Positions 12,971-26,837 of a stretch of 64,000 nt of DNA are shown here, piece by piece. The translations under genes and the position numbers were made by a program. Numbering within the stretch: the stretch's first letter is position 1; each line of letters opens with the position of its first letter. Location: contig NC_134472.1 in assembly GCF_964194025.1 (NCBI RefSeq), positions 9,920,001-9,984,000 of the forward strand, written 5' to 3'. The notes below the pieces were generated by a model. The model was not told the origin of the DNA, ran no database searches, and was given only the letters and a program-made list of their open reading frames with translations. The stretch is from Convolutriloba macropyga. Lineage: Eukaryota.

Positions 12971-15900
12971 ATAAAACTAGCTGAAAATTATGAAGTAAAA
13001 CCATCTCGACCCAAAAGAGGAGATCTTTCTCAATTCTAGGCAGTAAATGCAAATTTTTGAACTTCGAGTTTCTGCTTCTGGAAATTTTCTATGAAACGTT
13101 CGATTTTTTTACCACTAATATGATAGAAAACAGCCAAATTGATGGCATTTCTCTTTTTAAAATACAAAAATGATTTCAACCAAAAACATTTGTGAATAAC
13201 AGAAAAAGTAGATCGAGTTCGGTTGCGTCACTTTAATGTTATCAGACGTGTCTAGTGACATTAAAATGCTGGAATTTGATCAAAACACTGTAATCTTTTG
13301 CTCACAAAACAATTTTTTGAATCATTTGATCTGATTTCAAACGTTGATGGAAAACAAAGGAAAAAATTAATGAAAATTACAAAAAATGTTTCGCAATGGA
13401 ATTTTTGTTCAACGACCGAGGTTATGTTGATATTAAACAAAATCAAATTTTATTATCTGTACTTGGAAAAGGCGTACTTTTTTGGCTTCAGTTTTACTTT
13501 TTCAAACAAAAAATAGAGTAATGATTCACTGAAGCTCATAGATATTTACAAAATTTTAAATAGCAATGCATGCTTCCTTCACAATTTTTCAATGTTCATT
13601 TGTATAATTGGTGAAAGATCTAAGTTTCATTGATGAGATTCACTGGGAGCAGAAACCAGGTGCACCAACTTATATAGCAAAGAGGAATTCTTTCTATATT
13701 TATTTTTTGTGATTTATATTGATTGATACTGAAAGTTATTTTATTTTTTAAAACAAAAAAATCGAAGTAATTTTGCTCAACTTCCGTGATAATTGCTACT
13801 AACAGAAAATATTTATTAGCTAAATGATCACAGTAAGGTTCACAAAAATTGAGAAATTTATTATGACATGCAGTAGCACATCTTTGTAGTAGAAATGTTG
13901 ATTTATGAGCTTATGTATTTTGTCTTGAAGAAAACGATTAAAGAATATTTAAACAAAATGTATCGACAAAATCTCTAATTGTACATTAGAAGAAAAAAGC
14001 TAAAACCATTTTCTCAAATAGATAAAACTAGCTGAAAATTATCTCGACCAAAAAGAGGAGATCTTTCTCAATTCTAGGCAGTAAATGCAAATTTTTGAAC
14101 TTCGAGTTTCTGCTTCTGGAAATTTTCTATGAAACGTTCGATTTTTTTACCACTAATATGATAGAAAACAGCCAAATTGATGGCATTTCTCTTTTTAAAA
14201 TACAAAAATGATTTCAACCAAAAACATTTGTGAATAACAGAAAAAGTAGATCGAGTTCGGTTGCGTCACTTTAATGTTATCAGACGTGTCTAGTGACATT
14301 AAAATGCTGGAATTTGATCAAAACACTGTAATCTTTTGCTCACAAAACAATTTTTTGAATCATTTGATCTGATTTCAAACGTTGATGGAAAACAAAGGAA
14401 AAAATTAATGAAAATTACAGAAAATGTTTCGCAATGGAATTTTTGTTCAACGACCGAGGTTATGTTGATATTAAACAAAATCAAATTTTATTATCTGTAC
14501 TTGGAAAAGGCGTACTTTTTTGGCTTCAGTTTTACTTTTTCAAACAAAAAATAGAGTAATGATTCACTGAAGCTCATAGATATTTACAAAATTTTAAATA
14601 GCAATGCATGCTTCCTTCACAATTTTTCAATGTTCATTTGTATAATTGGTGAAAGATCTAAGTTTCATTGATGAGATTCACTGGGAGCAGAAACCAGGTG
14701 CACCAACTTATATAGCAAAGAGGAATTCTTTCTATATTTATTTTTTGTGATTTATATTGATTGATACTGAAAGTTATTTTATTTTTTAAAACAAAAAAAT
14801 CGAAGTAATTTTGCTCAACTTCCGTGATAATTGCTACTAACAGAAAATATTTATTAGCTAAATGATCACAGTAAGGTTCACAAAAATTGAGAAATTTATT
14901 ATGACATGCAGTAGCACATCTTTGTAGTAGAAATGTTGATTTATGAGCTTATGTATTTTGTCTTGAAGAAAACGATTAAAGAATATTTAAACAAAATGTA
15001 TCGACAAAATCTCTAATTGTACATTAGAAGAAAAAAGCTAAAACCATTTTCTCAAATAGATAAAACTAGCTGAAAATTATCTCGACCAAAAAGAGGAGAT
15101 CTTTCTCAATTCTAGGCAGTAAATGCAAATTTTTGAACTTCGAGTTTCTGCTTCTGGAAATTTTCTATGAAACGTTCGATTTTCTTACCGCTAACCGCGA
15201 GTTTCGCGATACATCGAGAGCGCATAAATGTTCCCATCCTTTGAACTTATTTTTGCTATATGATTTTTATTCCAGCATGGTTGTTTTTTCAACTGAATGT
15301 GGCCAATCAATTTCTCTTGTGAGACAAATTGATTTGAGTAGCTTTGCAAACATTTGCAGAACTGACTCAACCAATGAAGAAATGTATATATATTTTTTTC
15401 CTTTCCGGAGCAAGAGTTTTAAAATGGGTCCGTTTATTCTGCACGCTGATCTACTCCATACACGTCAATTAAATAGCAACTTGCCACTTTATTGTTACTT
15501 TATTTTAATGTTACTTTATTTTTATTTTACTTTATTTTAATGCCACCTTATTTTAATTTTTCTTTATTTTAAAATAAGTAAATTATTCGGTGAATTTCAT
15601 CAACAATTTCGAAGAAAACAGCCAAATTGATGGCATTTCTCTTTTTAAAATACAAAAATGAATTCAACCAAAAATATTTGTGTATAACAGAAAAAGTAGA
15701 TCGAGTTCGGTTGCGTCACTTTAATGTTATCAGACTTCTCTAGTGACATTAAAATGCTAGAATTTGATCAAAACACTGTAATGTTTTGCTCACAAATCAA
15801 TTTTTTCAATCATTTGATCTGATGGAAAAAAAAGGAAAGAAATATTGAAAATTACAAAAAATGTTTCGCAATGGAATTTTTTTCAACGCACGAGGTTATG

Positions 15901-16490
15901 TTTATATTAAACAAAATCAAATTTTAATATCTTTACTTGGAAAAGGCGTAGTTTCATGGCTTCAGTTTTGCTTTTTCAAACAAAAAATGGAGTAATGACT
16001 CACTGAAGCTCTTAGATATTTACAAAATTTTAAATAGCATTGCACGCCTCCTTCACAATGTTTCAAAGTTCATTTGTATAATTGGCGAATGATCTAAGTT
16101 TCAATGATGAGATTCACTGGGAGAAGAAACCAGGTGCACCAACTTAGATAGCAAAGAGGAAAAATTTTTTATGTGGTTTAAATTGATTGATAATGAAAGT
16201 TAGTTTATTTCTTAAAACAAAAAATTGAAGTATTTTTGCTCAACTTCCGTGTTAATTGCTGATAACAGAAAGTATTTTTTAGCTATATGATCAGTAAGGT
16301 TCAAAAAATTGAGAAATATTTTTCGACATGCAGTAACACATCTATGTAGTAAAAATGTTGATTTATGAGCTAATGTATTTTTTCTTGAAGAAAGTGATGA
16401 AAAAAAATTTAAACAAAACGTTTCGACAAAGTCTCTATTTGTACATAGGAAGCGAAAAGCTAAAATCGTTTTCTGAAATAGATGAAAATC
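12971..16490. repeat. Tandem repeat, ~1.04-kb unit, ~3 copies
   Basis: ATAAAACTAGCTGAAAATTA at ~12971, ~14022 and ~15060. ORFs 13298 and 14336 differ by one residue (offset 1038). The third copy has ~420 bp of extra sequence (~15191-15613) and its remainder is more diverged. Confidence 0.95.
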
Positions 16491-18203
16491 TTTTTTTTCG
16501 GAAAAAATAGATAGCAAATCAGTAAGTAGTCATTATACAGAAGGTAATGTAGGTCGCAGAAATGGCATCAATTTTACACCAAAAATGAAACATTTATGAG
16601 AATTTGTTGTCAAATGTAAAAGAAACAAGACATTTAGAAACAATAGAAGATTCGATGTTAGACAGGATCCAAAAAAAGAGCCTTCACTATAATGATAACA
16701 TAGTTGATTTAAAAAAATTTCTCAAACTTTTTGAGGCCAAACTGTTTGGTTTGAGAAATAATTCAGCCTATATAATATTTTGTTTTTAAATTAGATCAAA
16801 GCTTTCATTGCAATCAATTTTGTTGCTTTTAATAAGTAGTCCAAAGCAGCGTAAGAGAATATTAAAGTCAATTTCGAAGCGCATTTTTCTTTTGAAACTA
16901 CTTCTTGGGGATCAAATCAATGACACCTTTCTGAAATGACCACTGTATTACAAAAACACAGGCGACTGTTAACCAAATCGCAGACATAAGTGCTTCAAAA
17001 ATCTGACTATCACTGACTACCTGTGTTACTTTTTAAATTAACTAATTACTACTAACAATTAATTAGTATTAACTAATTACTAATTACTAATAACTATTTA
17101 ATTACTATTTTTTTAAATCAAACAATTGAAGTATCCATCTAGCTCTCTACTCCTAGATAAAAAAATGTTACCCGTTTGCAACGTTCTAAAAAGGATTGAT
17201 TTGTTTCACTGATTTACTTGAATGTCCTTTTTTTTTAGAATTTTCTTGTTGAGGTGAGCAAAAACCACTCAAAATGCATCACTGCTGTTATAAAACAACA
17301 AGCGCTTCGTCCTACCCCATCCTCTTCCACCCCAGACATTGCATTTTTTGCCCTTTTCGATTTTAAATTAAATTCTTGAGTACTTAGCTGACGGCGATGG
17401 AAATGGAGAGGGTTTCCTGCTGAACCGAGTGACCACATGTGACAAAATGAATAAAACCAGAAATGCAACCACATAAAAGTGGACCAGAGTACAGTACACT
17501 ACCAGAAAAACAGTTGAAATTCTGAGTGAATTTAAAAAGAGGTGATTTATTTGACCCTTTTTACTATTCAAAGAGTTTCAATGTCTTTTTCAATGGTATA
17601 TTTTTGTCGTCTGTCATTTACCTATATAAATTCTTGACTACGCCATTTCTTGTTCGCGGGTGTCAAAAATTGTCTTTTTACAATTTGTGTTGATAGTTGT
17701 GAATTACCTCAAAGTTTTCTTACTTTCTGGTTTTTAACTAGAAAGTGAATCCAAAATAACTCATATTGTTTTTAAGTTTTGTTTTTTTTTGCAATCGAAT
17801 TGCTTTATGTCGAAAACTAGAATCTGTGATACAACTACATAGAAAAATATGTGTAAAAATGGTCAAACTATCAGTCAGGCACTTTGCTTTTGTGATAAAT
17901 GATCATTGTTCTGTAAATCTAACGTTTAAAATATAACTGCTTTTACGTGGCCAACTTCCGCAAAAAGCAAATTTCAATAAGTTTTGCGTTTTGTGGAAAC
18001 AAAATCAACCATTTTGAGCATGTAATTAGCCTGAATTTTACTGCCACAATTTTTCAATTTTGGTTAGTAAATACGTGAGAGCATTTAGAAACATAATGGT
18101 TCTTGTGAACAGTGGTATGCGTAATTTCAAAACTACTATTTCCCTTCTTAATCCACAATTAGAGTCGAAAAAAGAGATTTCCGAAATTAAGAACCAATTA
18201 AAC

Positions 18204-18466
18204 TTTTTTGTTCCGACCCCCACTTTAGTGGGGAGGGAGGAACTATATACTCAACTGGGTTTTTTTTGTTCAGTCAATTTTGGCCGACCGATGTATTCAT
18301 CGTAGAGAATTGTGAGTGGTATCATTAAAAAGCCCATCCAGCGTAGAATGCGGAATCGAAAAGACTTTTTTCGATTTTTGTGTTTTACAGGGAGATATCG
18401 AGGTTTAAAATTTTGTGAAGACTCGACTGATTTTGTTCACATTTTCAGTAATTTTTGCTAAAATTT
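18204..18466 (+). mobile_element. Helentron/DINE-1-like (HINE) element terminus, copy 1
   Basis: Architecture T-run, GTTCC, hairpin CCCCACT-TT-AGTGGGG, GGAAC, TATA. Homologous reverse-complement copies lie at ~35218-35478 and ~54102-54201. The repeat is seen directly; the family is inferred from architecture only. Confidence 0.6.
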
Positions 18467-21078
18467 GGCACAATTTCGCTAATATAATTCAAAATAAGTT
18501 AAAATATTTAACGGCAGAGTGTTGTTGTTACCGTCAGAGATAGAAGAGCGTTGCTGAATTGTTTGATTGAAGTTTTTTTTGGCTAAAATTTTGGATAAAA
18601 TTTTCAAAATTCAAACTTCATCAAAAATAGCACAAAAATTGCTTTTTTTGGTCCACTTTGTTAAAGTTTGCCAGACGTAGTGACCTAGAAACAATAACAC
18701 AGACTCCCTAATCTCAAGAAGAGCTTTAGTTGCAATTAGACGCCGTATGAAAGTCTTCTGGAATTAAAACTTTGCCGTTTTCTGCAGATTTAGATCGATC
18801 ATTATACAAAATGTATCTTTTTTTTCAATATTTGAAGAATTCCACTCAACAATTGGTCTAATTCGCAAATACTTGGATCACTTGGTCGGTTTGTTGGGCG
18901 CGCGAAAAAATCAGGGAGAGGTTCGATAATATCATGGACTCTTAGAATCAAAGACTTTTTGGTTTTTATTTTGATGCTGCCTTTTTTCAAAATATTTTGC
19001 TTTTGTTTTTTTTTAATGTTAATTACTGACAATATTTTTTTATTCACAGCTCCGTTAATGACAAATCCAATTTAAGTAAATTTGAGGCCAAATGTAGATA
19101 CGGTTTGTTTTCAGAGAACCGAAGGGTTTTTATGGCTTTCAGGAAGAGATTTAGTAAAATTTAACTGAATTCTTGTCTTTTGCCTTCAATTTTTGTTCTT
19201 CTGGCAGTCTGATTTTTAGGTTAAACCACTCAAAGATCTAAATTTCTTCCTCAAGATGTGCAAGTGAACCTTTTCAATCCGTTCGATTGTTACCTAATGT
19301 CTTTTATGTTATTGAATGTATTTGTTTTTAGGAAATTTTGGTGATTTTTTGAACTTGTCAATATTTTATATTATTTTAGTCAATATTTTGCTTATTCTCA
19401 TTAAGTACAGGTCAAAGTTTCCTGCTTATAGAATAGAAGCTTGTTTTGCGGCCGAATTGTTTTAAAAGAAGGTTTTCTTGCTTTCGGTACTACGAGTTTT
19501 CATACAAAATTTTCTGATTTTTGTGCATAATACCCCATTTTTGCTGTTGTTCTGTTTCTTTTGTAAATTGTCATATTATTTAAGTATCTAACGGAAAAAA
19601 CTTTACAACATTTGAAACTGAACATAATTTTTGTTTTCATAGCATATGGTTTGAAGCGCTGTGACACCGTTCTCTTGCAGAAATTGGTAGAGATTTTTGT
19701 TTTTGCCCTTTACTTGTTGTTAATTTTTGTTGTCATATGCCAAATATTTTGTAATTAAAGGTCTCAGCGGCCAACAACTATAGATAACAAGTGAACTACA
19801 ATAGTTTTTTATCGGTAAATAACTAATGGTTGATTTGACTTTCGAATTATAAATTTATAAAAAAAAAAGAGAGTAATAGTATTCTTAAACTTATCCCATT
19901 TTGTTCTGGTTTGCGTTTTTTTTTCGTATTTCACAATGTTGCATCATTTTTGAAACTTCGCATTATGTAGAGCTTTTTTAGTGTTTTGGTGAATCAAACA
20001 TAAAATTCTCTGTTGTTTAAACGTTTTGACTGATGTCTTCAGGGCTTAGACAATTTGTTTCAGAAGAATTTTGCGAAATTTCGATACTTTTCAAGCTTTG
20101 TGGTTCTTTTTGCTGTTAATTTGTGACAGTCGTTTTACAAAAAAATGTAATAATGATCAAAGGAGACGCAATTGAAGATGTTATATTCTCGCGGTTTATA
20201 TATAACAAATTTAATGGCTTCAAAACTGGTTTCGTAAAGTTGTTTGTGAAACTTATTTGTTCAGCTTGTATTCATAGTCTTATAATGTGATTTTTTTAGT
20301 CTTATAATTCAATCTCATTAAAAAAAAGTCGCAATTGGATTTCCAAGTAGTTGCAAGACAGACTGTCTACTCCTTTAGTCGAAAGCTTTTGTTGGCTATG
20401 AATTTTGAAAATATTTGTTTTTATTAAAAAAAAAGAGATAGATTTTTGAGATCTGCCAATTTTTGTTTGATAAATTGTAGCTAAGCATCTCTATATGCAA
20501 TTCACATCATTTATCTATTGAAATACAAATTGCTCTTCATAACGGTTTTATTTTCCTCTAATGCTCTTTCTTCTTGGAACAACCAGTTTTCATAAAAACA
20601 ATTTTCGTGATTTTTGCAAATTTGCCCCTTTTTTTGTAGGTTTTTGTTTTCTTTTCACAGTATCACAATAATGAGCGTCATTTGAATTACAAATGTTGTC
20701 ACCTGCAAAAAATGCAACCAGAGATTTTTTGTTTTTAGCGATCAGCTCAATGTTTTATTGATTGGGTGGACATCGTTTTCGTGCATAATTTTTCATTTTT
20801 GCCTGTATTTGTCGTTCTTTTTGTAGCCGCATGACATATTCTGGATAATGAAATGTCTCAGTCACTCTCTATTGAGTTATAAAATACTCTCTCCAATATT
20901 TCATTTGATGCCTAATGCTTCTAATCAGTTCGAACTTAATTCTTTTTTTAAAAAAAATGTTTCAATAAAGTTAAATAAAGACTTTTTGCCAAGTCGCATT
21001 GAGAAAAGTCCCATATTTTGTTTTAAAAAGTACTGGCTAATCTTCGTAGTATAAATTTTATCTGATGTCATTTTGATT

Positions 21079-24000
21079 TGGTTATTAGTGGTTTTCCAAA
21101 AATGGACAAGGAGTTTTGGTCTTAATTAATATTTGTAACTATTTTATCTTTATTGCGTCTTTTCTGGTAGTCATATTATGGTAGCCACGGGTCTCATAGG
21201 TCCTCTTGAGTAGTTTGTTTTAGTCGTTTAGTAGTTTGTTGAACGATATGTTGATATGTTAATTATTTTTATCTCTTCCTCATTTGGTAGACAATTAAGT
21301 GAAAAATGTAGATGAGCGGGGTCGGAAATTAATGTGCAAACGCACATTACCGAGCCTCCTTGTTTCATTTCTTTATTTAGATACTGTATCAAAGGGAAAA
21401 TGTAATTTTAGGCAAATTTGAACTAAAATCGCTAAGTGGTTATTAGTGGTTTTCCAAAAATGGACAACGAGTTTTGGTCTTAATTAATATTTGTAACTAT
21501 TTTATTTTTATTGCGCCTTTTCTGGTAGTCATATTAGGGTAGCCACGGGTCTCATAGGTCCTCTTGAGTAGTTTGTTTTAGTCTTTTAGTAGTTTGTTGA
21601 ACGATATGTTGATATGTTAATTTTTATTATCTCTTCCTCATTTGGTAGACAATTAAGTGAAAAATGTAGATGAGCGGGGTCGGAAATTAATGTGCGAACG
21701 CACATTACCGAGCCTCCTTGTTTCATTTCTTTATTTAGATTCTGTATCAAAGGGAAAAATGTGTTTTTAGGCAAATTTGAACTAAAGTCGCTAAGTGGTT
21801 ATTAGTGGTTTTCCAAAAATGGACAAGGAGTTTTGGTCTTAATTAATATTTGTAACTATTTTATTTTTATTGCGTCTTTTCTGGTAGTCATATTATGTTA
21901 GCCACGGGTCTCATGGGTCCTCTTGAGTAGTTTGTTTTAGTCTTCTAGTAGTTTGTTGAACGATATGTTGATATGTTAATTTCTATTATCTCTTCCTCAT
22001 TTGGTAGACAATTAAGTGAAAAATGTAGATGAGCGGGGTCGGAAATTAATGTGCGAACGCACATTACCGAGCCTCCTTTTTTCATTTCTTTATTTAGATA
22101 GTGTATCAAAGAGAAAAATGTATTTTTAGGCAAATTTGAACTTAAATCGCTAAGTGGTTATTAGTGGTTTTCCAAAAATGGACAAGGAGTTTTGGTCTTA
22201 ATTAATATTTGTAACTATTTTATTTTTATTGCGTCTTTTCTGGTAGTCATATTATGGTAGCCACGGGTCTCATAGGTCCTCTTGAATAGTTTGTTTTATT
22301 CTTTTAGTATTTTGTTGAAGGACATGTTGATATGTTAATTTTTATCATCTCTTCCTCATTTGGTAGACAATTAAGTGAAAAAAGTAGATGAGCGGGGTCG
22401 GAAATTAATGTGCGAACGCACATTACCGAGCCTCCTTGTTTCATTTCTTTATTTAGATACTGTATCAAAGGGAAAAGTGTATTTTTAGGCAAATTTGAAC
22501 TAAAGCCGCTAAGTGGTTATTAGTGGTTTTCCAAAAATGGACAAGGAGTTTTGGTCTTAAATAATATTTGTAACTATTTTATTTTTATTGCGTCTTTTCT
22601 GGTAGTCATATTATGGTAGCCACGAGTCTCATAGGTCCTCTTGAGTAGTTTGTTTTAGTTTTTTAGTAGTCTGTTGAACGATATGTTGATATGTTAATTT
22701 TTATTATCTCTTCCTCATTTGGTAGACAATTAAGTGAAAAATGTAGATGAGCGGGGTCGGAAATTAATGTGCGAACGCACATTACCGAGCCTCCTTGTTT
22801 CATTTCTTTATTTAGATACTGTATCAAAGGGAAAAATGTAGTTTTAGGCAAATTTGAACTTAAATCGCTAAGTGGTTATTAGAGGTTTTCCAAAAATGGA
22901 CAAGGAGTTTTGGTCTTAATTAATATTTGTAACTATTTTATTTTTTTTGCGTTTTTTCTGGTAGTCATATTATGGTAGCCACGGGTCTCATAGGTCCTCT
23001 TGAGTAGTTTGTTTTAGTCTTTTAGTAGTTTGTTGAACGATATGTTGATATGTTAATTTTTATTATCTCTTCCTCATTTGGTAGACAATTAAGTGAAAAA
23101 TGTAGATGAGCGGGGTCGGAAATTAATGTGCGAACGCACATTACCGAGCCTCCTTGTTTCATTTCTTTATTTAGATACTGTATCAAAGGGAAAAATGTAT
23201 TTTTAGGCAAATTTGAACTAAAGCCGCTAAGTGGTTATTAGTGGTTTTCCAAAAATGGACAAGGAGTTTTGGTCTTAATTAATATTTGTAACTATTTTAT
23301 TTTTATTGCGTCTTTTCTGGTAGTCATATTATGGGAGCCACGAGTCTCATAGGTCCTCTTGAGTAGTTTGTTTTAGTTTTTTAGTAGTCTGTTGAACGAT
23401 ATGTTGATATGTTAATTTTTATTATCTCTTCCTCATTTGGTAGACAATTAAGTGAAAAATGTAGATGAGCGGGGTCGGAAATTAATGTGCGAACGCACAT
23501 TACCGAGCCTCCTTGTTTCATTTCTTTATTTAGATACTGTATCAAAGGGAAAAATGTATTTTTAGGCAAATTTGAACTTAAATCGCTAAGTGGTTATTAG
23601 TGGTTTTCCAAAAATGGACAAGGAGTTTTGGTCTTAATTAATATTTGTAACTATTTTTTTTTGCGTTTTTTCTGGTAGTCATATTATGGTAGCCACGGGT
23701 CTCATCGGTCCTCTTGAGTAGTTTGTTTTAGTCTTTTAGTAGTTTGTTGAACGATATGTTGATATGTTAATTTTTATTATCTCTTCCTCATTTGGTAGAC
23801 AATTAAGTGAAAAATGTAGATGAGCGGGGTCAAAAATTAATGTGCGAACGCACATTACCGAGCCTCCTTGTTTCATTTCTTTATTTCGATACTGTATCAA
23901 AGGGAAAAATGTATTTTTAGGCAAATTTGAACTAAAGCCGCTAAGTGGTTATTAGTGGTTTTCCAAAAATGGACAAGGAGTTTTGGTCTTAATTAATATT

Positions 24001-25024
24001 TGTAACTATTTTATATTTATTGCGTCTTTTCTGGTAGTCATATTATGGTAGCCACGAGTCTCATAGGTCCTCTTGAGTAGTTTGTTTTAGTTTTTTAGTA
24101 GTCTGTTGAACGATATGTTGATATGTTAATTTTTATTATCTCTTCCTCATTTGGTAGACAATTAAGTGAAAAATGTAGATGAGCGGGGTCAAAAATTAAT
24201 GTGCGAACGCACATTACCGAGCCTCCTTGTTTCATTTCTTTATTTCGATACTGTATCAAAGGGAAAAATGTATTTTTAGGCAAATTTGAACTAAAATCGC
24301 TAAGTGGTTATTAGTGGTTTTCCAAAAATGGACAAGGAGTTTTGGTCTTAATTAATATTTGTAACTATTTTATTTTTATTGCGTCTTTTCTGGTAGTCAT
24401 ATTATGGTAGCCACGAGTCTCATAGGTCCTCTTGAGTAGTTTGTTTTAGTTTTTTAGTAGTCTGTTGAACGATATGTTGATATGTTAATTTTTATTATCT
24501 CTTCCTCATTTGGTAGACAATTAAGTGAAAAATGTAGATGAGCGGGGTCGGAAATTAATGTGGGAACGCACATTACCGAGCCTCCTTGTTTCATTTCTTT
24601 ATTTAGATACTGTATCAAAGGGAAAAATGTATTTTTTGGGCAAATTTGAACTAAAATCGCTAAGTGGTTATAAGTGGTTTTCCAAAAATGGACAAGGAGT
24701 TTTGGTCTTAAATAATAATTGTAACTTTTTTATTTTTATTGCGTCTTTTCTGGTAGTCATATTATGGTGGCCACGGGTCTCATAGGTCCTCTTGAGTAGT
24801 TTGTTTTAGTCTTTTAGTAGTTTGTTGAACGATATGTTGATATGTTAATTTTTATTATCTCTTCCTCATTTGGTAGACAATTAAGTGAAAAATGTAGATG
24901 AGCGGGGTCGGAAATTATTGTGCCAAAGCACATTACCGAGCCTCCTTGTTTCATTTCTTTATTTAGATACTGTATCAAAGGGAAAAATGTATTTTCAGGC
25001 AAATTTGAACTAAAATCGCTGAGT
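21079..25024. repeat. 359-bp tandem array, 11 copies
   Basis: GGTTATTAGTGGTTTTCCAAAAATGGACAAGG recurs every ~359 bp. The ORF track repeats the same 62-aa pseudo-ORF at 21586, 21945, 22304, 22663, 23022, 23381 and so on. Confidence 0.98.
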
Positions 25025-25849
25025 GTCACTCGTTTACACACTATTCTACTAATACAATTCTAATCTTGAAACATGGGTCGTGAAAAGCCCGACAAAATCG
25101 AGCATGTATACTAAATTCTTCGAAAACTGGCTGCATAATTAAATTTTCTGCCGAACGATAAACAATATGCTGTCATGTTACTTTGATAGTTGGCAAAAAA
25201 TACTTACAATGTTATCATGACGGAAATCAAAGTGGCAAAACAATCTGAAACAATCCCGGTTATTTTCTTCCATTTGACATAGGTATTAAGTTGCGATAAT
25301 TACGGAAATTAACATACAAAGGTATATCACAGAATTAGTAGCTAAAAACAAAACTATAAACCTATTAGCATATCTATTAATTTCCATAACGCTCATTTTC
25401 AGATTTATATGAGCAGTTTTTTTTCTTTTACTTTTACTTGAAGAGCACTTTTTTCGACCTTGTAGTTGGAGTATTCAATTATTGCGGCTGCTAGGGATTC
25501 ACTAATAAAAAATGAACGAGGTGAAGTTAAATTGCAATGTTATAAAACAAAAACATAAAACTTTATCCCTCAAAATTCCATAAAATTCGATAAAATTCGA
25601 TGAATCAAAAAGCTCTTTATATAGTCCACTAATTATATAGCAGACAAAACTCTGAAATTATTTCATGTGGTTTTTTTGCATGAATTTAGTTCGATTTGTT
25701 TAAACGTAAACCCAGTTAAAATTGATGCGGTCGCTGTATTGTTAGCATTTTTTAGCTTCTGACGCGTTCTGAGACAAATTTTTCGATCTCTTGTTTTTCT
25801 GATCATTTTCATTTTGGAATACTCAAAAAATACATAACTGGTGGTGGTC

Positions 25850-26054
25850 ACGCGAGCCGAGAGGCAAGCAAGCCGCATTTTGAAGTGAGGTCAAGTAAGC
25901 CCAAAAAATTTGGGATATCCGTTTTTTAAGTTGCCCCTGGCGGACCGGTGGGCGCACTTAGCGCGCTTCGTGGTACGCGGTTTCTGGATTACATCCCACA
26001 GCGGATCAGAGGTGTGGCCATGGACAGCGGTCCGCGGAGGACCGTACGCACTAG
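25850..26054 (+). mobile_element. Candidate Helitron 3' end in a GC-rich patch
   Basis: Hairpin CGGTCC-GCGGA-GGACCG (26028-26044) followed after 6 nt by CTAG (26051-26054). The next base is A rather than the expected T, and no 5' end was found. Confidence 0.35.
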
Positions 26055-26765
26055 ATATCAAATTTATTTCATTGGTGCATTGGAATACATTATTCATTAT
26101 AATACTATGGGCAGTGTTCATTGCAACGGTTAACAATGTATCATTTCTGATAGATTACATAACTATTACATAACTTTCGGCTTGCCTTAATGTCGGCTGA
26201 CTTTCATTTCGGCATACTTTGCGTTCACCCCAAAGAACATGTTTTACTTTAGGCTTTCTTGCAATATGGTCTCATTTACACGTTAGCTATCGTGGATATT
26301 AGTGACAGTAACCGAAGGCTTTCAAAAAGTTTACCGACGATAACCACAGGAAGGAGTGAGGGCGTGAACAACATCGGCATAGCAGGTGGATAAAACTGAC
26401 CAAAACGTTGCCACTGTTTTCAACGCTTGATTGGATTAGCATCCAGTTAGGTGATTATAAAATTGATAAGGGGTTCTTGATAGTTTCAATTTTTTTTAAA
26501 AAATTCAATGGTTTCAGAATTCCAAGGTCATTTCGTCTTTGAGAAACCGCTCATTCCTCCAGAACCACATAACAATCGGAAAACTGGACTTCATCGGGAA
26601 AAATCGGGGTTCCAAACCTTTCATGTCGGTACAGAAACCCGACTGACATACATATTACGCTTCCGGTACTTTGATTATTTTTCTTATAAGCAGGCGCACT
26701 TATAGGTCTTTTTTTACCGTATCAAATCTGAACAAAATTGTGGCCGACATGAAACTAATCAGAAC

Positions 26766-26799
26766 TATAAAATCCTAGACCAATTTTCAAATTTCATTT
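26766..26799 (+). promoter_or_regulatory. TATA box plus initiator upstream of G3
   Basis: TATAAAA at 26766 and TCATTT with its A at 26796 (30 nt later); ATG at 26838. Confidence 0.5.
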
Positions 26800-26837
26800 T
26801 TTTTCTGCGCTAATTTAAATTTGATAGTTGGAAAAAT

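Noticed and set aside
21586-25041. Family of repeated 62-aa ORFs (MPKNTFFPL...)
   Set aside because: They are by-products of the 359-bp array. The unit length is not a multiple of three, the starts are non-ATG and there is no recognisable domain.
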